Shown here: one piece after another, positions 15,961-24,821 of the stretch
Layout: every line of letters begins with the position of its first letter
How positions within the stretch are numbered: the stretch's first letter is position 1
Assembly: GCF_003428155.1 (NCBI RefSeq)
Contig: NZ_QLIR01000007.1
Location: 1 to 32,000, forward strand
Origin: Fastidiosibacter lacustris
GTDB taxonomy: Bacteria > Pseudomonadota > Gammaproteobacteria > Francisellales > Francisellaceae
Reading direction: 5' to 3'
DNA length: 32,000 nt
Notes under the pieces: model-generated
Seen by the model: the letters and a program-made list of their open reading frames with translations, nothing else
Told to the model about the DNA's origin: nothing
Databases searched by the model: none
Program-made: the position numbers and the translations under genes

Positions 15961-16147
15961 CTGAAAGCCTTTTTAGATGATGCAATCCTAGAGCTTCCTT
16001 TCTTAACACAGAGATTACACATGGAATTTCAATGACACAATCTTATGGAAAAACAATTAATTGGAGATGTACAGGTTTTAAAGTTTTCAGTACTCTCCCA
16101 GACTCAAAATCGAGAAAAAAATGAAAATATAGCTTCGGGAGTAGAGA

Positions 16148-17398
16148 ATGCTTTATAGGGAACTGTTATCAAGAGTGAGGCTATTTAAAAATCAATCATA
16201 TGTCTTTTTTGCACTGAGTGGAATTGCCGCAACGATTGGCAATGGATTGGTGTATATTACAACCTCCTGGTACGCATATGAGTATTTTCAGTCAATTAGC
16301 GGTGTGGCATTGTTGATGTTTTGTATTTGGGCGCCCAGCATTATTTTTGGTCCTTTCTTTGGGGTGTGTGCTGATAGATACAATAGAAAAATGATATTGG
16401 TGCTCTCCAATGTTGTAAGAGGGGTTGCTATTTGTCTTTTCGTACTACTGGAACTTCTAAATTGGCACAATAATATATTTGTTTTGGCCATCGTATTAGG
16501 CGTTTTTGTCTCATTCTATATGCCTGCGGCTATTCCTATGATTACTCAGATTGTTAAAGAAGAAGACTTACCTAAGGCAAATGCCACGGTTGATATGCTT
16601 TATGAAGTAGGTACGATCATTGGAATGGGGCTTAGCGGTGTTTTCATTTATGCTTTTGGGAGTGTTTGGACTTTGTTTGTTGGTGGGATCTTATTTATAG
16701 TATCTGGGTATTTTAATGTACTGATGAGGTACCAACACGATAAAAAAGAGGTGCTCAATAGGCAAAGCACTTCTTTCATACGAGAGTATATCGAGTCAAT
16801 CAAATACATTTTTAACAAAAAAGGCTTAGTGTCTGTCTATCTTGTCCAAACGTTTGTTATGGTATTGCTGATGACCATCCCTGTTTTGTTAGTTCCTTAT
16901 GTGAATCAGGTATTGCATGCAAATAGCCGAATTTTTGCTTTGTTTGAGATGGTTTATTCAATGGGTGTATTTATTGGTTGCTTTTTCACACCGATGCTAT
17001 GTGAAAAGTTAAGGTTTAGAGTAACCGTAGCGTCACTGATGTTTGTCATGTTCCTTATGTTATTACTGATTGCCACTAACCTCAGTATGGTGATAAGCCT
17101 TATTTCCTATTTTGTTATTGGCTTTTGTTTATCCAGCTGGGCACTATCAATTGCTCAGGCGCAAATACACACGGATGTTGCATCCCAGGGTAGGGCGCAA
17201 TCAACTTTTAATAGCTTGTCAGGCATAGGCATTTTAATATTGTATTTGCTGGTCACTTTTGAAGGAAAAACGCTGCATACCCAAGCTTTATATTTTGCTG
17301 AAGCGATAATCGCTTTAGTAGGTAGTTTGATTGTTATCCTAGCAACGACGGAGCCTCAGAAAGTGGCAGAGCATAGCGCTGGGGGCAGATTAAAGTAG
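16148..17398 (+). CDS. MFS transporter (EntS/MFS_3-like)
   Basis: 416-aa ORF with a ~12-TM pattern. The loop motif GVCADRYNRKMILVLSNVVRG is typical of this MFS subgroup. GGGAG SD. Confidence 0.75.
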   Translation: MLYRELLSRVRLFKNQSYVFFALSGIAATIGNGLVYITTSWYAYEYFQSISGVALLMFCIWAPSIIFGPFFGVCADRYNRKMILVLSNVVRGVAICLFVLLELLNWHNNIFVLAIVLGVFVSFYMPAAIPMITQIVKEEDLPKANATVDMLYEVGTIIGMGLSGVFIYAFGSVWTLFVGGILFIVSGYFNVLMRYQHDKKEVLNRQSTSFIREYIESIKYIFNKKGLVSVYLVQTFVMVLLMTIPVLLVPYVNQVLHANSRIFALFEMVYSMGVFIGCFFTPMLCEKLRFRVTVASLMFVMFLMLLLIATNLSMVISLISYFVIGFCLSSWALSIAQAQIHTDVASQGRAQSTFNSLSGIGILILYLLVTFEGKTLHTQALYFAEAIIALVGSLIVILATTEPQKVAEHSAGGRLK

Positions 17399-17465
17399 TT
17401 ACAAAACATTTCAGGTTATGAGCTGTCAAGCCTTTTTAGATGGGACAGCCATGGCTATTTCAGGT

Positions 17466-17496
17466 AACAAAAACGATTGAACGCAAAGTAATCATG
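17466..17496 (+). repeat. 31-bp direct repeat, left copy (AACAAAAACGATTGAACGCAAAGTAATCATG)
   Basis: Identical to 23602-23632. It overlaps the stop codon (17492-17494) of the GCS2-like gene. Confidence 0.95.
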
Positions 17497-18493
17497 AGTT
17501 AAATGCTAAAGGCGCTGCTGACGTATAGCATTGTTTTATACAGCAAATAATTTCATCTGGGCTATATGCACTATCAAAGCAGCGAAATTCAATAAGTGGG
17601 GCATTATTATAAATGCGTGGTCTAGCTGCGTATAGATAATTGCTTTTGAAGCGTACATCATCTTCGTATGGAGGCGCTCCAAATAAATGGACTACTGCTT
17701 TTTTGCCTGCAGCAGCACTGGCTGAGTTAGCTAAAACGTATTCAATTAACCATCGTCCATGTAGATCTATCCAATTGAGGATATCATTTCTACATGAATT
17801 GCGACCTCTATTTCCATTGCTGTAAGTGTAAAAGTTAACTGATTTTCTCAGAAAATCCAAAAAATTATGGTAAAAAAGATCGTTAAAATCCCTGTTTTTT
17901 GTCAGAAACCAATGAGAGTGGCTGAGTGTGATATTTAATGAAGTGAAGCCTGCAAAACGTAGTGCTACATCGTGAAAGTTTATCGTTTGACATGGGAAGG
18001 GCGGGGAGAATTTTTGAGTAATCAATAGTGCTTTATTTGCATCTTGGGGGTCCAGTAAAATTTCATGTAAGTTACATACCCTATTCGAGCCGAGATCCAT
18101 GAACCTTCCAAAGGCAGCGGAGTAAGAGTCACTTAAAGTTAAACTCGGTAGTTGGAAGGACACAGCCAACTGATTGACTAAGTAAACAAGTATGCTTTCC
18201 ATGAGCTTTAATTCAGTGACTAACTCATCTAATTGCGCTATAGTCTTTGGAGGAGAGATGATTTCAATAATGGCATGGCTGTATTCTGGCTCAACCTTCC
18301 AGCCCTTGTCCAAGAGAGCAGTTAGAATGTTTGATTTTTTACAGCCTACGTAAATAAATTTTCTATAGAGGGTAAAAAAATCCCTTGATGCCAAAACGAA
18401 GGTGAGCTCATTATCTGTGAGACATTGAGCAACAAATGTATATTCCTTCTCGATACCTACTCGTGTCGTCATAGACATGGTATTTTTTTCCAC
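17492..18493 (-). CDS. glutamate-cysteine-ligase family 2 (GCS2)-like carboxylate-amine ligase
   Basis: The N-terminal VGIEKEY, AIIEIISPP and C-terminal PLIEFRCFDS resemble the GxExE / E..E / lExRxxD motifs of GCS2/YbdK-type ligases. The likely real start is the ATG at 18472 (ATGA overlap with the upstream stop) or at 18478. Confidence 0.5.
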   Translation of the reverse strand: MEKNTMSMTTRVGIEKEYTFVAQCLTDNELTFVLASRDFFTLYRKFIYVGCKKSNILTALLDKGWKVEPEYSHAIIEIISPPKTIAQLDELVTELKLMESILVYLVNQLAVSFQLPSLTLSDSYSAAFGRFMDLGSNRVCNLHEILLDPQDANKALLITQKFSPPFPCQTINFHDVALRFAGFTSLNITLSHSHWFLTKNRDFNDLFYHNFLDFLRKSVNFYTYSNGNRGRNSCRNDILNWIDLHGRWLIEYVLANSASAAAGKKAVVHLFGAPPYEDDVRFKSNYLYAARPRIYNNAPLIEFRCFDSAYSPDEIICCIKQCYTSAAPLAFNS

Positions 18494-19689
18494 TTAATGA
18501 GATGAGATTCTGATAAAACTCTCATGTTTTGTTCAACCTCCTGTTTGTCGTTGCCAATAATGACATAACTAGCCATTCTATTATGTATTCGTTCACGCTT
18601 GTAAAAGCGATCACCTACCTTTGTTTTAATTTCTTCGGCTGTGACCCATGACAAGGATTCAGCGGTATTCACCTGTAAGATTTCAGCCATTTCAGGTGCA
18701 GGAATATCTAGCCAACCTGCACATAATGAGCGTTGAATTTTCTGAGTATAAGGTATTCCAAGTTCTTGAAGGAACCATTTCTGAGCATAGTTGATGCCTG
18801 TGGCAGCTTCTATTGCAGTCACAAGAAAAGTACCTCCGAACCTTGCTCCAATTTCACAAAAATAAATTTCTCCATCAGAGGTAACAAAATATTCAGCGTG
18901 GGTGCATCCATTAGGAGGTGATAAAGTATTTATTACTAACTCATTTATAGAATGTAACTCTTGAATCAAGGTATCGTTTCTTGTTTGTATTATTCCACCT
19001 ACTTCTGAGGTTTGTAAGTGTACGGGTGGCTTAGTGTATTTAAATGCAAATGAACATTCTATTTTGTTATGGTTAATAAAGCTATCTACATGGTACATCT
19101 CACCACCAATAAAGCTTTCTATCATATACATTTCAGGATTGAAATACACATCCTGAATTGCCTCCTGAAATTGCTGCTCACTCTCCACTATAAACACATT
19201 CATACTAGCCATACCCAAACGTGGCTTGATAACAAAAGGCAATCCATATTTTTGGGAGAGGTTATTGAAATGTAAGTGCTCAATAATATTTATGTCAGCA
19301 AGTGAGGCATATTTTGGTAATTTAATTCCCTTATTCATCAATTCCTTTTTCATGGTGTATTTATCTCTGAAACGCAGGATATCAGCTATCTTGGGTCCAG
19401 GGATTTTATGAAGCATACGTAATGTTGCTGCAAGGTGCATATCTTCTTCAGAAAAGCAAATTAGGTGATCCACACCTCCTATGGTGTTAATAAGAGTTGT
19501 ACATAACTCGACTGTTAGTTCATCTGCTACTACAAAAACGCTGCACTTTTGTTTCCACTCATTAGGAACAAGCTCAGCATATTTTTTTGTGCCAATAAAA
19601 TAAAAGTCGAACAAATCGGCATCGGCGATTTCATGATAACGAATAAGCTCGTATCGGATTTTATTGAACACTAATACTTTGTCTCGCAT
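18469..19689 (-). CDS. ATP-grasp ligase (L-amino-acid-ligase-like), paralog 2
   Basis: 406-aa ORF with LPFVIKPRLGMASMNVFIV, MIESFIGGEMYHVDSF and HAEYFVTSDGEIYFCEIGARFGG ATP-grasp motifs. Its ATG abuts the upstream TAA (TAAATG), with AGGAG inside the upstream gene. Confidence 0.75.
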   Translation of the reverse strand: MRDKVLVFNKIRYELIRYHEIADADLFDFYFIGTKKYAELVPNEWKQKCSVFVVADELTVELCTTLINTIGGVDHLICFSEEDMHLAATLRMLHKIPGPKIADILRFRDKYTMKKELMNKGIKLPKYASLADINIIEHLHFNNLSQKYGLPFVIKPRLGMASMNVFIVESEQQFQEAIQDVYFNPEMYMIESFIGGEMYHVDSFINHNKIECSFAFKYTKPPVHLQTSEVGGIIQTRNDTLIQELHSINELVINTLSPPNGCTHAEYFVTSDGEIYFCEIGARFGGTFLVTAIEAATGINYAQKWFLQELGIPYTQKIQRSLCAGWLDIPAPEMAEILQVNTAESLSWVTAEEIKTKVGDRFYKRERIHNRMASYVIIGNDKQEVEQNMRVLSESHLIKWKKIPCL

Positions 19690-20910
19690 TTATATCTCCT
19701 CATGGTACTCAATGAATTGATGTTCCTGTAAAGTTCGAAAATCTTGTTCCAAAATGTGGTCATCTTGGTCTATCAGCATAATCGTGGCTGCTCTGTCATA
19801 GCATGATATTGATGCACCTATTCTTTCAAATGTTTGAACCTTCCAGTTTATATCAAACTTCTGACTAGCAAGACGTGGCAAAATGAATTGTTTTATCAGA
19901 CCTGCTTTCTTAGGTACATATATCCAAGCGGCGCTCATCAACTTCTCAGGGGTTATTTTTTGAGAACTTAAACCGAGTTCAAGCATAAATAAATAGGCGG
20001 CTATATCTAGACCTAGGGCATATTCATACATGGGTAAGATTTCTCCTCCTGGTGGGCGTGCCGCAATTTCGATAAATACAAGATTGTCATTGTTGGTGAG
20101 GAATAACTCCATATGAGTCATCCCATCAGGGGGAGATAGCGCCTTTAAAACTGACTCATTAAAACAGCGTATTCTGTCCTTTAATTCAGAGTTTGCAAGC
20201 AGCCTGCTTCCCAAATTGTTTCCATGCATGAAGTCTATTGCATTACCCATATATTCGCATACTTCTACAAATAGAATTTTCCCTTGGCAAACAATGCTAT
20301 CACAATGCAAAAATCTACCTTCTATATATTCCTCAAAGTTATAATCAGCCAGATTTGGTTGATTCCCCTCGACGACCCCTTGTAACTCTGCTTTATTACG
20401 TACTTTTTTTGCACCAATCCCTCCACTGCCATCTTTTGGTTTTACGATCAAGGGAAACCCCAAAGAGGATATAGTATTGACACAGTCGCCAATGCTCATG
20501 TTATCAAAGTCATCATCTATAAATTGTGGAACCTTGATTCCGTTCCGAAATAATATGGATTTCATGATTTTTTTATCTCTAAATGGGATGAGTTTGTCCT
20601 CATATGGACCTGGTAAATCAAAACGTTTTCGGATTCGAGCACACAGCAAAAGCAATTCCTCATCCCAACAAATAAGCTTCAATCTGCTGTTATAACTGGC
20701 ATATCGTTGAATGATGGTGGCAATAGATGTTTCATCAAAATTTTCGAGTTTAATGAGTTCATCGAAGGTATCTTTATGCTGATCTGGAAATCGATGATAA
20801 AACTCTTCGTCAAGTAAAATAATAAACTTATGTTTATTTGCATCGTAGAATCGATGTGGATTTAGTTTGTCATATCGCATTTTCAGTATAATAACGTATA
20901 TATCCTGCAT
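19690..20910 (-). CDS. ATP-grasp ligase (L-amino-acid-ligase-like), paralog 1
   Basis: FPLIVKPKDGSGGIGAKKV, FEEYIEGRFLHCDSI and HMELFLTNNDNLVFIEIAARPPGG motifs. I prefer the ATG at 20910 (GGAG SD 6 nt upstream, 406 aa like its paralog) over the ORF-track TTG at 20937. Confidence 0.75.
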   Translation of the reverse strand: MQDIYVIILKMRYDKLNPHRFYDANKHKFIILLDEEFYHRFPDQHKDTFDELIKLENFDETSIATIIQRYASYNSRLKLICWDEELLLLCARIRKRFDLPGPYEDKLIPFRDKKIMKSILFRNGIKVPQFIDDDFDNMSIGDCVNTISSLGFPLIVKPKDGSGGIGAKKVRNKAELQGVVEGNQPNLADYNFEEYIEGRFLHCDSIVCQGKILFVEVCEYMGNAIDFMHGNNLGSRLLANSELKDRIRCFNESVLKALSPPDGMTHMELFLTNNDNLVFIEIAARPPGGEILPMYEYALGLDIAAYLFMLELGLSSQKITPEKLMSAAWIYVPKKAGLIKQFILPRLASQKFDINWKVQTFERIGASISCYDRAATIMLIDQDDHILEQDFRTLQEHQFIEYHEEI

Positions 20911-20911
20911 G

Positions 20912-21742
20912 TCATGCTCCAGCGGTTTTTTGTACAAGGTTAAGGTTTATTTGAGATAAAAGCGTGTCTGCTTTGCGATAGTCTTTAACCATTTTTATTA
21001 GATCGTGGAACTCAGCCCACTGTTGTAATTCAAGGATGCTGAAATGTAAGCACATCTTCCATTGTTCAGTGTCTTTAATTAAATCTACCATCTGTTTTGA
21101 TGGAAAAGTTGAAAAGTAGGCGTTCACAAATGCTGTATATCTCGACTGTGCTTGATAGCGATTGATACTTGGAACAGTACAACATTCAACAATGGCAATA
21201 GCAAAGTCAATTATTGGATCACCCCAATTAGATTCTTCATAATCAATAAATGTATTAAATTTACCTTTAACGAACAAACAGTTTGGTAAACAAACGTCTC
21301 CATGCAGATAACATTGTATTCCAGAGACTTTCCATCCATTTTCAAGTAGTGTATGGTGAATTCTAACAGGTTGTGAAGAGAAGAGCGCATCGCCTATATG
21401 ATCTATCTGTATGCTGCTGTGAAACAATGCTAAACCGGTGGCAATTCCCTCAATATCCTTCAAATCAGGGCTGTTTTTGCATGTTTCTCCTAAATTTGGA
21501 AAAATTGCACAATGGTTTTCGTCGTCAAAATAAACTTGTGGCATGCTATTTTGCAGAATATTCCATGCGTATTTTTCACGATGATATGCTTTAGGGAGAT
21601 GAAATTTTTTCAAGTAATAAAGGTTACCTAATAGATTAAATGACACTACATAGTTTGCGCGACCATGAGACTTTTCTGCTTTGCACAAAAGTTCGACTTG
21701 CCATTTATACTGAGACCTAAACTGAACAGTAATATCGGTCAT
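20912..21742 (-). CDS. APH/choline-kinase-type phosphotransferase
   Basis: 276-aa ORF with the catalytic-loop motif YLHGDVCLPNCLF and the IDYEESNWGDPIIDFA motif typical of the aminoglycoside-phosphotransferase-like kinase family. Confidence 0.7.
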   Translation of the reverse strand: MTDITVQFRSQYKWQVELLCKAEKSHGRANYVVSFNLLGNLYYLKKFHLPKAYHREKYAWNILQNSMPQVYFDDENHCAIFPNLGETCKNSPDLKDIEGIATGLALFHSSIQIDHIGDALFSSQPVRIHHTLLENGWKVSGIQCYLHGDVCLPNCLFVKGKFNTFIDYEESNWGDPIIDFAIAIVECCTVPSINRYQAQSRYTAFVNAYFSTFPSKQMVDLIKDTEQWKMCLHFSILELQQWAEFHDLIKMVKDYRKADTLLSQINLNLVQKTAGA

Positions 21743-21759
21743 ATTTCCCCCCCCCTAAT

Positions 21760-22932
21760 TTAAACATCTTTGCATACGGCTTTGCGCAACAGAAGCATTT
21801 TAAAGAGTGTGACTAGCGTTGCTATGAGCATGACAATGCATAATAGCCACAAGTGATGGTTGCTAGTTGTCATAAACACTGGTAAGAAGTTAATAACAAT
21901 GGGGGTTAAAATGGCCAAAATGACTTTGGATGTACCAAAAGTGGTACTTTTATTTTGAAGATTACCCATCAAAGTTAGGAGATTGGTAAATTGGGTGATT
22001 ACCAGGGACTCAAGAATGGTGAAAACGATTAAGAAGGCGTATACAGAACCTATGCTTGGATATAATCTTACTGCGGACAAAAGCAGTATCAAAACAGTTG
22101 AACATGCTATAAACAACCATCGCGCCTCGCTTAAGGACAGCCGCATCTTTTGCGATACATATTGTTGAATAGCAACAAGCAAAACACCATTGAAAAACTG
22201 TGCCATAGCAACTTGCTCAGGTAAGTGTAGTAAAGTACTAAACAAATAGGGGAATATGACTGGGAAGGAAGCGACAAGCGCAAATGGTATGCAACAAAAT
22301 AGATGCAATTTAATAAAGTCAATATTCAAAATCCCTGACCAAGTTTCTGTGGGTTTTGGTTTTTTGTTTACTTCTTGATAGCAAGAAAAATGTGGCGTTT
22401 TTACTAACATAAAGAAACAAAGCAACAGCTCCAGAATCAAGCACACGATAAGTAAAGAATATAATGCTGACAACCAGATAAAACACAAAGCCAAGAGACT
22501 TCCAAGCACGGCACCCAGGTTGGTTGCTCTCAAAAAAGCGCCTTGGGACATGATTGTGGTTTTGTCATTTTCAGATAGCATAACCAATACGGCTCGAGCA
22601 TTCGTGCTGAATACACAGCCACCTATGCCTAAGCCCATGACACCTAAGGTCAAGAAATATACATGATCACTCAAGCACAATATAAGGTATGATAGCACAT
22701 CAATAGCGCAACCTATGAGCATAAGCCTGTGTACGCCAAATCTATCACCTAGCACCCCTGCGGGTAATGCAAATCCCTGGTTAGTAAGCAATAAAACAGA
22801 AAACATCATAGGAATGAGCGTGATAGAAATGTTGATACTTTGTGCATAGAGGTAAAAAATCCCCAGAAAAGCTGCGTAAGTTGTGGAGGAAGCCAGTCGG
22901 CGCGCAATAATAATGGTTTGTATATTCTGCAT
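21760..22932 (-). CDS. MFS transporter
   Basis: ~390-aa polytopic ORF with the MFS loop GVLGDRFGVHRLMLIG. The ATG at 22932 is preceded by AAGGAG. Confidence 0.75.
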   Translation of the reverse strand: MQNIQTIIIARRLASSTTYAAFLGIFYLYAQSINISITLIPMMFSVLLLTNQGFALPAGVLGDRFGVHRLMLIGCAIDVLSYLILCLSDHVYFLTLGVMGLGIGGCVFSTNARAVLVMLSENDKTTIMSQGAFLRATNLGAVLGSLLALCFIWLSALYSLLIVCLILELLLCFFMLVKTPHFSCYQEVNKKPKPTETWSGILNIDFIKLHLFCCIPFALVASFPVIFPYLFSTLLHLPEQVAMAQFFNGVLLVAIQQYVSQKMRLSLSEARWLFIACSTVLILLLSAVRLYPSIGSVYAFLIVFTILESLVITQFTNLLTLMGNLQNKSTTFGTSKVILAILTPIVINFLPVFMTTSNHHLWLLCIVMLIATLVTLFKMLLLRKAVCKDV

Positions 22933-22943
22933 CAATTTTCTCC

Positions 22944-23489
22944 TTATCTAGATAAAATAGATAAATATGGATAAGAAATAGAGATATCAGCGGCGAAAAG
23001 GGTCTGCTTGAGAAATTTATCTGTTAAAAAAACATAATCCCATAAGGTGATGTAAAGACCATAGCGTATGGTTGGATATTGATGATGAGTCATGTGGTAT
23101 TCTCCCCAAGCAAATAGAGTTGTAAGCTTGCCTTTAATTTCCGAATTGTGGTCTAAAACGGTTTCTGATAAAAAAACTTCGTATAAATAAACAAGGAGGA
23201 GTAGTACGCCACCAGTTGAAGGAAAGGGCAAGGCGAGGACGAGTGCTGGCAGAATTAAAGTAAGTCAGACATCTAAAGATTCCCTCAAGCCACCAAACCA
23301 CAACAAATAGTTTTGCCAAGTTGGCAAGCTCAGCTTGTTAAGCTGATGATATTTTATCAAATGGTGTGCTTTGTGGATTTTAAATAATGGGTTACGCCGA
23401 GGATTATAATGCGCAAGGGCATGCACGCCATAAGCGTAAAGAGACCATATCAGAAACACAAATAGAAAATTAACAATCCACTGGGTCAT
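22944..23489 (-). pseudogene. fatty-acid hydroxylase / sterol-desaturase-family gene interrupted by one in-frame TGA
   Basis: His boxes HALAH, HKAHH and HMTHH are spread over two ORFs (23265-23489 and 22944-23231). These ORFs are in the same frame and are separated only by the TGA at 23265-23267 plus 11 sense codons. The ATG at 23489 has an AAGGA SD. Confidence 0.6.
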
Positions 23490-23517
23490 AGGATATCCTT
23501 GAAAATAAATTTTATAA

Positions 23518-23546
23518 AACGTATCAAGTTGTAATATTTTTGTCAA
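23518..23546 (-). promoter_or_regulatory. candidate promoter of the ligase operon (TTGACA-N17-TACGTT on the minus strand)
   Basis: The reverse complement of 23541-23546 is a perfect TTGACA. There is a weak -10 at 23518-23523. It lies ~30 nt upstream of the ATG at 23489. Confidence 0.3.
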
Positions 23547-23601
23547 TGCCGTTTCGATGAGATTTTATATATGAACAGCGATAACTGGGGAGAGTGAAAT
23601 G

Positions 23602-23632
23602 AACAAAAACGATTGAACGCAAAGTAATCATG
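23602..23632 (+). repeat. 31-bp direct repeat, right copy
   Basis: Identical to 17466-17496. It contains the -35 hexamer of the putative rlmN promoter. Confidence 0.95.
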
Positions 23633-23640
23633 TGTATAAT
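23613..23640 (+). promoter_or_regulatory. candidate sigma70 promoter of rlmN (TTGAAC-N16-TATAAT)
   Basis: Hexamers at 23613-23618 and 23635-23640, about 60 nt upstream of the rlmN ATG. Confidence 0.45.
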
Positions 23641-23702
23641 GCCTGGGTTGAAAGAGCATCCACCATAAGTAAGTTTAAGTTAGGCAAATAGAGTAATCAA
23701 TA

Positions 23703-24821
23703 ATGCAGCAGGTGATTGAAAGTCAAATAAAAACAAATTTAATGAATTTTTGTCAAAAAGATATGCGAGACTACTTTGCCAGTATCGGAGAGAAGTCATT
23801 TCACGCAAAGCAGGTGTTTAAATGGATACATCAAAAAGGCGTGACTTCTTTTGAGGAAATGAGTGATCTTAGTAAGGCTTTGCGGCAGAAACTCATTGAG
23901 CTTGCGGAAGTTGTTACTCCTAAAGTGGCACTTGACAAGCCATCGAACGATGGTACGCATAAATGGCTTATTGATGTCGGTGGTAACTTGGTTGAGACCG
24001 TTTACATTCCCGAGGATTCTCGTGGGACATTATGTGTATCTTCACAGGTGGGTTGTAGCTTAAACTGTAGTTTTTGCTCAACAGGTAAGCAAGGCTTTAA
24101 TCGCAATTTGAGCGTTGCCGAAATCATTGGACAAGTATGGACAGCAGTGCGTACACTTTCAAAGCAGCATGGTGAGTATGATCGACAAATTACTAACGTC
24201 GTGATGATGGGGATGGGTGAACCCTTGATGAATTTCGATGCAGTAGTAAAAGCGATGGATATCATGATGGATGATCTGGCTTATGGGTTATCCAAACGTC
24301 GAGTTACCTTAAGCACATCAGGGGTCGTGCCGCGCATTTATGATTTATTGGAACAATCAGATGTATCCTTGGCCGTGTCTTTGCATGCACCTAATGATGC
24401 GCTTAGAAATGTATTAGTGCCTATTAATAAGAAATATAATATTGACCAGCTAATGGAGGCATGCAAATTATATGCGCAAAGAGGTCCACACAAGGAAATC
24501 ACCTTTGAATATACGCTAATGGAACATGTCAATGATGAGCTAGCACATGCAAAAGAGCTAGTTACACTATTGAAGTCAAAACAGGTACCCGCTAAGATCA
24601 ACCTTATCCCATTTAATCCTTATCCTGGCACGCCATACAAGAAACCAAGTAATAACCGCATCCATCGCTTTCAGCAATATTTAATGGAGGCGGGCTTTGT
24701 TACAACGATAAGAAAAACCAGAGGTGATGATATCGATGCCGCATGTGGTCAGTTGGCAGGTAAAGTGCAAGATAAAACAAATCGCCAGGCACGATATCAG
24801 CGTCAACTAAGTGAGGCATAA
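23703..24821 (+). CDS. rlmN: 23S rRNA (adenine2503-C2)/tRNA methyltransferase, radical SAM
   Basis: 372-aa [19 protein letters not shown]-terminus, [18 protein letters not shown] radical-SAM cluster motif and a C-terminal DIDAACGQL. Confidence 0.92.
   Translation: MQQVIESQIKTNLMNFCQKDMRDYFASIGEKSFHAKQVFKWIHQKGVTSFEEMSDLSKALRQKLIELAEVVTPKVALDKPSNDGTHKWLIDVGGNLVETVYIPEDSRGTLCVSSQVGCSLNCSFCSTGKQGFNRNLSVAEIIGQVWTAVRTLSKQHGEYDRQITNVVMMGMGEPLMNFDAVVKAMDIMMDDLAYGLSKRRVTLSTSGVVPRIYDLLEQSDVSLAVSLHAPNDALRNVLVPINKKYNIDQLMEACKLYAQRGPHKEITFEYTLMEHVNDELAHAKELVTLLKSKQVPAKINLIPFNPYPGTPYKKPSNNRIHRFQQYLMEAGFVTTIRKTRGDDIDAACGQLAGKVQDKTNRQARYQRQLSEA

Noticed and set aside
15863-16022. N-terminal extension of the ABC ATPase (to 16009) and the overlapping 67-aa ORF at 15819-16022
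   Set aside because: The extension is hydrophobic and low-complexity and precedes the conserved NBD start. The region also holds a plausible + strand promoter for the MFS gene, so it is more likely intergenic.
23265-23267. Selenocysteine or programmed recoding at the in-frame TGA of the hydroxylase
   Set aside because: I see no SECIS-like hairpin in the ~40 nt downstream. The family is not known to use Sec, and the position is not a catalytic His-box residue. A nonsense mutation or a sequencing error is more parsimonious.
23134-23319. 61-aa ORF spanning the break in the hydroxylase gene, which might have indicated a frameshift
   Set aside because: The two His-box-bearing ORFs are in the same frame and are separated by one TGA. 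The bridging ORF is in a different frame, has no family motifs and is not needed to explain the disruption.
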